Source: Paragordius varius (lineage: Eukaryota > Animalia > Nematomorpha). Taken from it: a stretch of DNA of 64,000 nucleotides. The translations under genes and the position numbers were made by a program. The stretch is taken from assembly GCA_964247055.1 (NCBI GenBank), contig OZ176056.1:4092001-4156000 (forward strand), in the 5' to 3' direction. Shown here in pieces: positions 39,051 to 50,200 of the stretch; the first letter of the stretch is position 1, and every line of letters begins with the position of its first letter. Under the pieces are notes generated by a model. The model made no database searches, was not told the origin of the DNA, and was given only the letters and a program-made list of their open reading frames with translations.

Positions 39051-39226
39051 CAGTATACATTTTAATGGTTGCTTATTTCACACTAAAGTTGGCAATTCGT
39101 AACATAGTAGTGTATGGAAATAAGTAACAAAATTGTTTTTAACATTTTCTTATTTTTTCCATACACTTCTCTGTTGCAAGTTGCCCAACTATAGCGTGAA
39201 ATAAGCAACCATTAATATGCATACTG
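39051..39226. mobile_element. Tc1/mariner-type MITE (family C), second copy
   Basis: cagtatacattttaatggttgcttatttcacac ... gtgaaataagcaaccattaatatgcatactg; nearly the same TIR as 26561-26732. Confidence 0.85.
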
Positions 39227-39268
39227 TATATTTAGAATTGGATGCTCTCAAAAATATATAAATGAGTA

Positions 39269-39475
39269 CAGTCGCATTAATGTTAGTCTATTCACAATAT
39301 TTTTGACCGATTGGTAATAGAGTAGCATAATGATATAAGAAATTTCGTCCATAATTAAATAAAATTTAATGCTGTTTAAAAAAATTTTTTAATTTCAATC
39401 ACTTGTTTTTTCCCTATGCACTACTTTGTTGCAAATGACCAAAAATATTGTGTATTAACATTAGGGTGCATACTG
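39269..39475. mobile_element. Related Tc1-type MITE
   Basis: cagtcgcattaatgtta...cacaatatttttgacc / gaccaaaaatattgtgtattaacattagggtgcatactg with TA flanks. Confidence 0.65.
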
Positions 39476-40878
39476 TATATATATTTACAATATTAGGAAC
39501 GTAAAAGTTTTAATAATTTTTTAAGACACCATTTACTACATTTCGAACACATAATTTTTTAAAACTTGCTTACCTTTTCACTTTTTTGTCCTAGTTTACC
39601 TTTTGGGGTGGTTTTATATTCCACAGCTTATTTTTGTAAATAAACTACAATATTTAAAAATTTAGTTAAAATTTAATTATCAAACATTGTCATGTATTAG
39701 ATAAAAAGCTTATATTTTGACAATTTAATGACTTTTATAGTCTAAAATTGGACAGCTCTAAAAAACGATTGAAATAAACAGCTGATAATATATCAAGTTT
39801 TTGCTTGTGAACTGAAAGCTTTTTAAAGTTAATTATTGACATTTTCCAACCATATATACATGTATTTGTCTGTTTCAATAGCGATTAAAAAAATATTGAA
39901 AGAAAATGGCGGGAAAAAAGTTTGATATGAGGATTTTTTACAATTTTTTATTTTTAAAAAAAATATTTTGTATAATGCGCCTAAGCGACTTAAAGCCTAT
40001 TTTTAAAATTGGGTAATACCTTAAATACTTTTTAAGATATTCATATCACTCTGGGACATAAAACTAACCCAAAAGATAATGGAGTGTTAATCATCATAAC
40101 TAAAATATAGATCCATGCATATTAAAAATTTGCTAAAGTGTGAATGCACAGATATATTTTAAACTCTAGCCGACATTTCGAATAGATTAGGTTTTATCAA
40201 AATTTAGCTGGCTAACAAAACCACAAAAAAGCTTAAAGAAAAAAATATTTCAGGCATTTTTTACATTTACAGTTTAATATATTTATTAAAAATACATAAA
40301 ATGGGCGTTGGTCTTTTGATATTACCATATTTTATGAATTGCATAAATTTCCAATATGACATTTAACTCATGTATTCTGCTCAAGCTATAGAACCCCAAT
40401 TTTATATATTATACAGATAATTCAAATTATACCTGTAGGTATTAGTCTGATATTGTGTATAATAAAAACCTATGTTTTAATCTTTCCGTATATTAAATGA
40501 GCTAACAAATTTTTAAACATGCATCAATTATATATTAATGGCTATTACCGAATACAAATTAATTGTTTGAATTTCTAACTGCTTATTACATGAGTGCAAA
40601 GGAAATCCTTAACTCAATATAACGCTTCTGAAAATTTTTCCAGAAGGATTGTATTTCAAAAGTGATTTCCCTTAACTCTCTGGATTTACAATTGACTTAA
40701 TATTGAGTTGTGCCCAAATTATAATAATAAACTTGGCTAATAGAGGATACACCAAATTTATTATGTAATAATTGACTATATTTGTAGTAAAAAATATAAA
40801 TTAAAGTTGTAAATTTCAACGCAAATGTTAATGTAATGTGTTGCTATGTCCAATTAATTTTCTCTTAAATTTCGATCG

Positions 40879-43800
40879 CTAATATAAAATTTGGGGTGGT
40901 TCTGCCGGGCCATAAAACAACTTCCAGGAAGGTGGAATAACCCATTCAGAATTCTTAGAATCAGTTGGAAATTTCTAGAAGTATAAAGTAATAAAAATAT
41001 ATGATTAAAATTCAAACTAAACCATAACTCTAATATTGAAATGCTAAAATAATTGTTAAATAAAAAGTGTTTTTTCAAAAAAATGTTTTAATATAAAATT
41101 TTTGTTAGCAAAATATATAGAAAAATGAACCATATAATTACATCTTTATCGGTTCTATACCATAAGTTTGGATATAAAATGTATGTAAATAATATACAAA
41201 AGCGTATGGCTCAATTTTTAATTTTAAAGTTTAAAAAGAGTTAAAAATTAATATTAATTGTATTAAAATTTTAAATTTTTGTGCCAATAATTCCAAACTA
41301 TTCATTTTAGTTTCAAATTTAAAATTTTTTTAAAAAATATCATTCTTAAACGTAAACATGCTAATAATCGTATGAAAATTCGAAATGAAACCAAAAAGTG
41401 ATATCCGAATTGGGTTTTAATAAAATAAAATTTTATTATTTATTTATGGGATGCAAGAAATGATTTAAATTCTGACCAAATTTGCAAATTGATTGAAATA
41501 TGTGACAAGTTGTATGGCATCATGCGTATTATCTCCTTCATCACAAAACATGAGAATTATAATTAAAGGAATATTTCTGGCTGAACTAAAAAAAATTTAA
41601 GATCATTAGTATGATGGATTAAAGTTGGGCATAGAAAACAATTTTTCAGATTAAAAATAATGTAATTGTCATTAAAAAACCATATTTTCCCTTCATTGTT
41701 TATAAAAGATGACAGATGTGAATTGGTTATAAACTTTGTGTCAAAAGAAGGTGAGCAAAAAATAAGAATCCAAATACAATTTTTTTACTTAGCCCTTTAA
41801 ATTTATATTTTTATTAAAAATCCAATAATTTATTACAATAATACGAATTTTAACCTCTAAAAAATATTTTTTTAATTTTAAAAAAAATGAAAAGAAAAAA
41901 TGACAAACCAATCTTGATAAAGTTTTTGTGACATTCCCCCACCAGGAATCGCATAATTAGCTGTTTCTATTGGTTCAAAATCCGTTTCGCATGATAAACT
42001 TGGTTTAGACGAAACTAAATTTTTATTTTGAAAATAATTATTAATATATCAAAAAAATACATTGATATTAAATCAAAATTATCAAACATACCAAAAATTA
42101 ATTAAAAATATAAGATAATGTCAAAATAAAGCTTATTTTAAACAAAAAAAGTTAGTTAATACTCAAAAAAGCTAGGTGACATTTGAACATTGAAAAATAG
42201 CCACTGAATAAAATATTTTACCAGGTAATTCAAACGAAACTTTTTGCTTAGAAATATCGAGAGAATGATCAAACTTCTTAGCCAAATCTATGTTAGAGGC
42301 AGTGTTTGATAAATCCATGGATTCCAAAGTTAAATCTTCAAAATCATCAAGGGTATGACCAGAATTGTTTTCATTTCCCTTTTTCAATAATGTCTTATCA
42401 TTTTCATCTTGAGCTAAATATAGGTAGGAAATATTTTTTTCCATTTTCACTTTATAAAATTTTTGTGGCAAAATTTAATTCTGCAAAACGCAAACTAAAG
42501 TTATAATATATTAATAATATGTTTGCAAAAATGAAAGTTACAAAGAATATAAAATGATTAATTGTAATTCGAAATTTTACATAACATATCTTAAAATGAG
42601 TTATATACCATTTACAATTCATATTCATCCTTGAACAATTTAAATTCACCCATGAACAATTCAAATTCACCCTTGAACAATTCGAATTCACCATTAAACA
42701 ATTCAAATTCACCCCAAAAATAAATTATGTGTTTTCGAACTAATATAACCCATTATTAATATGAAATATATGCTTATGGTATAGTTTATTATTTTTTCAG
42801 TATTATTTTAATTTAAAACAAACTTTTATTTTTGAAAAATATATAAAAGATAGATAATTTTCTTAAGAAACATATATTTTATTTGAGGGTGAATTTAAAT
42901 TGTTCTGAATTGTTTAAGGGTGATATTAAATAAATGATATATATAAAGAATGGTGTAAAGATGTCTTAAGCTAAATGTTAGTAGGAAATATTTTTTTTTC
43001 ATTTTTACTGTAGTGAAAATTAGAATCAAATATTTTGGAATAAATCCTGGTGACATGATATTACCAAAGAAGCTACTTTTAAGCAAAATAAAAAATGTCA
43101 TCAGGATTTATTATGAATTACTTGATATTATTTTTTTCTATTTTTACTATGTAAAATGTTTTTGGCAAATGTTTATTCCATTATCTTAAATAAAAGGCAA
43201 CATTCGTATTTTAAAAAAGCTTAATGGATATTTAAAGGACTAATTTCTTAATTATATTAAATATGAATGTAGTTTATGTTATTTCTGTTTTTATTTACTA
43301 ACATTCGATGAATACTTGTAATAATTGAAAATTCTTTTATAAAATAAATTTAATTAATAAAACAAGTATTAGAAAAATAATCCTATTTACACCGATATTA
43401 CCAACTATTTTTGGAAAAAACCCTAACAATTACGTAAAGATGTCGTCTTACTTAAAGGACCAAACATTTTTCCACATGCTTCTGTATTATTCCCCAAGCT
43501 TTTTTGTTTTTTGGAACTCATAGTAGCATTTATATTATCGACATTGCTTGCTAAATTCATTTTATTATCAACATCATTGGTTGCCATGGTAATGTTATTT
43601 GATTTTTCCAACATAGTCTCTTCTAATGGAATCCAATGCAATTGATCCACAAAGTATCTCCCAAAAGTTTCATCCAAACACGGAGTGCATAGGAATCGAA
43701 ATGGCATGCTAATAATAAAAAATGTGGGAAAAATACAGTTAGTATTTTTACATTTTGTAAATATATATATATTTTAAAGTATATCCTATCATATATGCAA

Positions 43801-44869
43801 AAAAAATGTATTAATCAATGGTCAGTGTTATTATACATGTATGGACAAGCATAAAAGATTACTTATATTCATAATGAATGAAATTTATAACATAAATAAT
43901 AAAGTTGGTTAATCATCAAAAATTATAATTGGATAAAAATGTATATAATATGTGGCAGTGTTTGGCCAAATTAAAGCGTAAAATAACTTATATCCACGAT
44001 TATTCATTCCTAGTAGACCTAATAACTTGATTCCTTAAAAAATTAAGATAATATATTTATATTTACCGCATAATTAAATATTGTTATTGTATTGAATGTA
44101 AAAATATGATGCTTTAGGAGCATATATTAGAATCCGCGAATATATTCGGCATTTTAATTATATAACTAACATTTGCCCGGTTGTAAAAAATACTTTGCTT
44201 CCCAGAAGAAAATTTCCTTAAATTCTCGAATTAAATTAAAAAAAATTATTTTTATATATTTACGCATTATCATAAAAAAATAGGAAATTCTGTAAATTAC
44301 GAAAATGTCAAGTGAGCAAATCAATATTTAAAATGATGCTCCAAAAGTTATATATAAAAAATCACATATAGGTGGACAAAATAAATCAACCTTTTTATTT
44401 GATTGTCATTTCTGAGATATGCAAATGAACTGCTAAAATTTATAATTCTAGAAAATTTGTGCTCGGAAATCCACTTCAAGAGTTTAATCCTAAATTTTCC
44501 TCGTTGACCCTAAAAATATATTGCTTTAATATACCTTTGTAAATGGCGCTCGTTGTTGTATAATCACCAATTTATTGTTATTATCCTCAAAAACTAAAAA
44601 TCTAAGGCATATAAATACCTTCTGCACTTGTCATAAGTTTACATTGCGTTGTTGATGAATATGGATCGTTTCCAATCAAGGGTAATATGGACGCATCATA
44701 TATGTATCCTACTTTTTTTGGTTTCAGTGAAGAAATTAATAAATCAACTGAAAATTGGCCAACATTTCCCACACTTATTGAAGGCTAAAATATATTTTTT
44801 AATATATACGTATATTAAAGTATATTGATCCCAATGAGCTTTGTAACCTTTGTCTACTGGGTAAAACAT
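40879..44869 (-). CDS. PSMG2: Proteasome assembly chaperone 2 (PAC2), 387 aa
   Basis: Exons 44869-44810, 44784-44619, 44593-44535, 44509-44391, 43708-43452, 42413-42222, 42014-41909, 41585-41477, 40974-40879. Motifs MFYP, PSISVGNVGQFSVDLLI, LPLIGNDPY, KLVIIQQRAPF, SSSFAYLRNDNQI, PFRFL, IPGGGMSQKLY, FCDEGDNTHDA, WVIPPSWKLFYG. The middle (insertion) exons are less certain. Confidence 0.95.
42603..42940. mobile_element. MITE family B, copy 5 (in a PSMG2 intron; five subterminal repeats)
   Basis: tataccatttacaattcatattcatccttgaacaatttaaattcacccatgaacaattcaaattcacccttgaac... It explains the spurious repetitive ORF 42452-42712. Confidence 0.85.
44510..44534 (-). other. 25-nt GT-AG intron (PSMG2 intron 3, phase 0)
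   Basis: GTATATTAAAGCAATATATTTTTAG. Removal joins RAPFTK to GQRGKFRIKLLKWI, collinear with PAC2. Confidence 0.92.
44594..44618 (-). other. 25-nt GT-AG intron (PSMG2 intron 2, phase 1)
   Basis: GTATTTATATGCCTTAGATTTTTAG. Removal gives TSAE-V-FEDNNNKLVIIQ; the internal AG at 17 nt gives a stop. Confidence 0.92.
44785..44809 (-). other. 25-nt GT-AG intron (PSMG2 intron 1, phase 0)
   Basis: GTATATATTAAAAAATATATTTTAG. Removal joins MFYP...YTLIY to PSISVGNVGQ. Confidence 0.88.
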
Positions 44870-44897
44870 TTGATATATAAATTTTGGCTGAAACTTA

Positions 44898-45446
44898 CAC
44901 ATGGATACAACACATTCATTTTAGTCCTTCGATTCAGGCCTGTTTAATACTAAATTCTTAAAAAAATATGGAAGGAATCAAAACCATGGCAAAATTTTGC
45001 ACTTATATAACATTAATAAACCGGAATATATAAAAAATTTTATTCAAAAATACTTGATATTACTTATTTTGAGCTAAAACTGAAAGGTAAAAAATTAGTC
45101 AACGTGACATGTGCCAAATTGTAAAATTAAAAAATAATACAAAATAAACCGCTTATTCTATTTCTATCAATGTTAGATGTAATTTATATAAAAAATAAGC
45201 TTTAGTTTTACCCTTAAAATTAAATGAAGACGATATTTTGCAAAATTTTTGTAAAATAAAAATGGCGTCGAAGTAGTTTGAGATGGAACTTCAAAACAAA
45301 ATTTTATCAAGATATTTTGGCATATTTATATAATATAAGGATAGAAGCATAAATTTAAATTGGGACTGTTTCCATCAGTAGTTTTTTAAAAATTTTAATT
45401 TAAATTTAGTCTGGGGTATTTAGATACCCCAATTTGAATCGAAGTG
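44898..45446. mobile_element. MITE family A (piggyBac-like, TTAA TSD)
   Basis: Ends cacatggatacaac...ccttcgattc and gaatcgaagtg|ttaa. It is the reverse-orientation homolog of 53079-53548. The TSD on the left is degenerate (ctta). Confidence 0.75.
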
Positions 45447-45982
45447 TTAACATTTTGATACCAATCGGAATCTAAATACCACAGCCCAAATTTAAAGGTA
45501 TTTAAAATTTGAGTAATTTTATGCATTTTCATAATAATTCAAAATAACTAAGAGAATTTTATTTCCAAGAAAATAAGCTCAAAATAAACTATTGGCGCAT
45601 TTCTATTTTTAAAACTTTGAAAATATCATTTTTCAATTTTTGTCTTCAACTCTAACCATAATAAATACCCAGCTTGAGATATTTTTATATTTTCATCTAT
45701 AATTATATAAGTGTAGAATTTTAAAATGGATTCAATACATTGCACAGATTTTATAAATTTTTTGATCATAACACTTGAATACAACACGTTCATTCCAGTC
45801 CTTAGACGTTATCGGGCAACTATTGACCACCTCGGTTTAACACTCAGTTAATTTTTTATTTTGTATGCTATGGCAGTTTGGGGTAAACTACCCCAAATTT
45901 GTTGAGTCTTTTTATATTCTGGTAGATAATTATTTTAAAAGTGTAGTTTAATTTATTTCTTACAAGATTGTGGTTACAAAGG

Positions 45983-46171
45983 CAGTGCTACTCAAACCGC
46001 GGCATACAGGCCGCATGCACCGTGAATTATTATAAAACTTTTGATATACTTATTTTGAGTATAAATATTTTAAAAATGCCAACAACTATGATTTCGGATT
46101 TATATGGTGCACGTTCTTTGAAACAAGAAAATTTTTTGGCGGCCCTCTAAATTTTTTGGTGAGTACCACTG
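45983..46171. mobile_element. hAT-like MITE
   Basis: TIRs cagtgctactca / tgagtaccactg. The same end (ggccgcggtttgagtaccact) recurs at about 59915-59935. No clear TSD. Confidence 0.55.
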
Positions 46172-46213
46172 CACTATAAGGTTATAAACTGTGGATTTTA
46201 CGGATTGTTCACG

Positions 46214-47206
46214 CTAAGGATTCCCGCATCTTAAATGTTTATTATTGTTAGTAATAATAGCATTTTTTTGGCCTCTGCTTTGATAATCCTGTTATATCCA
46301 CATATTATTATAATTCTATACTTATGGAACCAATCTATTTTTTCCGGCAAAAGGTAATGATAAGTAATACTTCTTTTTGATTTCGACGAATACATGGTGA
46401 TATTATTTTTAAAAGTAAGAAAAAACAAAGATTCAATATTTTATTGTATGTTGCAGTAAATTTAATAACATTACAATAAATAATTGGAATTAAATCTTAC
46501 ACGAATGTAAATTAATAATTAAGGTTATCAAAATAATCACATATTTGACCAACTTCATTTATAATTTTTATGTCTTTGCATACTAAATCGAGAAGATCCA
46601 AGAATTTATTTGCAAATCCAATGTAATTCATACGCTCCATATTACATGCACTTCTGGGAACCCTTTAAATGTATATATTAGCATTATATAGTACACTTAC
46701 CTGCCATCAGTCATATTAATAAAATTTTTATGCTAAATGTTCCTATTAAGTTTAACTTTTGATTACAGATTAGAAATAATTTGCCATTTTTAATTAAATT
46801 TTGCCAGCTTATCAGTAAAGAAAAATATTGGATTTACTGTAATTTATTATGCAATGTATTAAAAAATTAGCAATGCTTAGCCATAATGTATATTTAACAA
46901 ACATGTTCGGAAAAATACGGGTCTGTATTATAGATTTATCAAAGTTTGTTGTTAACAATAGATAAAAAATAATGTTAATGACAAAAATTACCATATAATA
47001 CAAAAGTATTGTTGCATCTTTTTAAGCAAGACATAACCACAATTTTGCGGTAAATGCTGAATAATATGATCTGAAAATTCGGCAATCATACCAAAACCCA
47101 AGTGCTCCACAAAATCTTCCGTTAATTGATAAATTATAAAATGGTTATCCTTCATAACTCGTACACGGTTTCGTTCATCCAGAGATATTATCCCAGGCTC
47201 AAAACA
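46214..47206 (-). CDS. ADF-H domain (cofilin/GMF-like) actin regulator; start exon not located
   Basis: Exons 47206-46992, 46662-46554 and probably 46288-46214 give ...FIIYQLTEDFVE...IIQHLPQNCGYVLL...YFCIIWVPRSACNMERMNYIGFANKF...IKIINEDY. This follows the ADF-H pattern (LP.xC.Y; FIxWxP; KMxY). The phase-0 acceptor is compatible with the ATG-only first exon common in ADF genes. Subfamily unresolved. Confidence 0.6.
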
Positions 47207-50200
47207 CTAAAATCAAATTTAGAATTATGTCTGAATGGATTTGTAAAAAGTTAAAGTTAATTTTGCTAAAAAACTGTACAATTTTGTGATTTTACGGTAT
47301 AAGCTCTGTTCCTTATACTTAATTTTAACATAATGTTGTGTCATTTATTTCATATTTTAACAATAAAGCGATTTTCCACTTCATACATTATTATAAATAT
47401 TCAATTTTTTGTTTAATCATAAGTAACATGATCAATATAATTATAAAAATGATATTGGTTTTGGAAATAACCTTTTGATGGTCCTACACTATTATAATAG
47501 GTTTATACGTTTATAAATGAACCGTGCGTAAAACCTTATCGCCTGTATATATAGAACATTATCTAAAAATACACTGCATTAACAATCGTATTCAATTTTT
47601 CGAAAAACGTGAACGCCCGTTTATATAACATAGTCATTGTCGGGCAACTTAGCCGCTAAATACAGCACCAACATTTATATAAAATTTAGTTTTATAACGA
47701 ATTTAAAAAATGAACTCATGATTTTATATAAAAAATTGATGTTTCTTTTTTAGTGGTAATATTTAGGTTATTTATTTAAATGGCCCTTTAGCAGAGACCT
47801 AAATGATTTAAAAATGTGTCTCAAACAAAGAAAATCGGAAATAGTGGAAAGTTGGGTGGAGCCGTATATTTATTAAATTTTCAGCTCATTAACACTTTAT
47901 AACCTCTTATTGGGTAATTTTGACAGAGCTGAAACTTATAAATAAACTACTGGGTAAAATTCAATAATCATCTACTCCTGTATTGGAATATAAATATTAC
48001 AGTTGTCTAACTTCTAGGGTTTGAAATCGGAATAAGTATATTGTAATCCGAGAACTTTCTATAATTATTAATATTTAGCCATAAATAAAAATATCTAAAG
48101 AAAATAATTACGGCGAAAAAGTATGATAAAGATGTTTTAAAATTTTACTTTTTTTGGATCATGCGCCTAAAAGTCTAAAGAATGCATATTTAAATTGATG
48201 CAATACTTTTTTTTGAATTTAAAATGTTCGTTGGCTATAAAATAACTTCAAAAATAAATTAATAAAAGCTAATCATAGTCGGGCGCTATTTTTTCAGCAT
48301 ATTTACAAATCATCGTTTCGCCAAAGTCGCAGAGACGCACATTTAGCTCGTAAATATAATATTGTGCTTTTTACGGAAATACCGGCCAATTTTTTTTAAC
48401 AAAATGTATTTATAAAACTAATGATAATTAAGTCAAACCTCATCCTTCGTACAATCATGTGTTAAATGATCTTGCCCAATTTTAAAATTCCGACTGAAAC
48501 GATTATAATTTAAAGCACAGGGTTCATCTTCCCGATCTGATTTTTTGGGATTCGGTACCTTATTTTTATTCATTTGACAACAATCAAATACACATAAAAA
48601 TTTCAAAGGGTGTGTTTATATTTTTATGTTTACATCCAAAATCTTTTTGAAGCGAAAAAAACTCACTACTAAAACCGGCTTTAAGCTTTTAAATTAAATT
48701 TAGAGTTTAATTTTTTAATTTTAACACAAGAACATTTTTACATACATGCACCAACATATTTAATTTCCGTAAAAAGGTTATCTGTGATATCAGCAGGTAA
48801 TTCCGTCTTAATTTCGTTTTTAGCGAAATTGTTTTTAATTATAAAGGATTTTACTAGTTCTTAAAATAACTCATGTATATGTGATACAAAAATGTGATAA
48901 TTTACAGTTTTATGGTTTTTCAAAATAAATACACCTTTAATTTATTATTAATTAAAACAACTATATTTTTCATCAAGAATCTCGCATAACTTAGGAAACG
49001 AAAATTGAAGGAAGTCATTTTTCTAAATATTGCCAACGGAAATTAATGCTAAATTATATAACGTTTAGGCCGTCGCCTGGTCAAGTATGCAACCCACTAA
49101 GCCATTTTTGGGCACCCCTGTGCTTCAAAATACACATGCAAGTTATAAAAACATAAATGTAACAAATCAAATATGGAAATTAATTTATGTTATTGTACTT
49201 TTGATATCTGATACTTAAAGGGCGTTTCGATATGGTCCAATATAAAGTGCAGTGCAATATCTTTACATTTCTTATATAAGACTGATATTTTATCGAAAAG
49301 ATATAGGTATAGACGCATTTTTAATTATGACCTAACTCTAGAACTTTAATATAATATAAAGTTATTTTTAGAACCTACCAAAAAGAATTAGCCGTTAGAT
49401 ACTTAACAGAAATTGAATTTTAATGGACTACAGAGATATTTTATTAACAAATGATATCACATGGTAATTTTTTAACGCAATATAATTGAAAAACAAGAAT
49501 AATATTTTATGAAAAAAATTGAAAAAAAATATATTTCAGGATAAAACCCTTTTTAATGTATATATATATAATATAACTGCGACCAAAATCGGGGGGTATG
49601 AAAAAAACATGATGAAATATATATATTCTGATAGGAAAATGTATCAAGATTATCATGGTGCTTTTGGTTTTGGCTCTTATAATTAATATAAGTAGGTTTA
49701 TGTTTTTGTGGTAAGTGTTCCATATCAGAAAATGGCAAAATTTGAGTAAATTTTTTGTAATTTTTTTTGGTGAAAGCTTAATGTTTCATTGCAAAAAATA
49801 TGACTAAAAAATCATAAACTATCTATATAAAGAGAAAAATATCTTGAATATTAAATTTTTAGATAGGGCCTCGAAAGTTATAAATTTTTTCGCTCTTCTA
49901 AATTGGGCTAGTTCTTAACTAAACGCAAAAATGCCGGGAGTGCGCGGTTAATTTTTACAATATGCTAAATTTTGACATGAAAAAAATAATTTTTGAAGCG
50001 TACTACATACGTTTTTTAGGTATGATGAAAACGGTATTAAAACGCAATTCGATATTACAGAAAACTTTTTCATTATAATTTGATGATGTTAAATATTTCT
50101 ATCTCTTCAGAAGGTTCGTTTACTTCATTTGGTAATTTTTATAAAACAGACTATTTATATATGAAATAAATTTGAAGACGAATGAATCTTATTAAATATA

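Noticed and set aside
42452-42712. Repetitive ORF (NLNCSRVNLNCSWV...) and regularly spaced 21-bp repeats resembling a CRISPR array or repeat protein
   Set aside because: The units are directly tandem with no unique spacers, lie inside MITE family B termini, and recur at five other loci in a eukaryotic genome.
24568-44869. Alternative genetic code, stop readthrough or ribosomal frameshifting as an explanation for the breaks in STARD7 and PSMG2
   Set aside because: Each break is an extra 23 or 25 nt bounded by GT...AG with no counterpart in the protein family. Long exons elsewhere are free of TAA/TAG/TGA, and genes end in TAA or TAG.
46663-46730. Perfect CAG|GTAAGT donor (MTDGR) inside the ADF-H intron; forward strand resembles the U1 5' end (acttacctg)
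   Set aside because: No U1 stem-loops or Sm site follow. As an internal exon it is out of phase with the upstream exon. At most it is an alternative first exon.
48515-48560. LPDLIFWD, reminiscent of the Tc1/mariner SPDLNP..W motif
   Set aside because: Only about 8 residues with no surrounding open frame.
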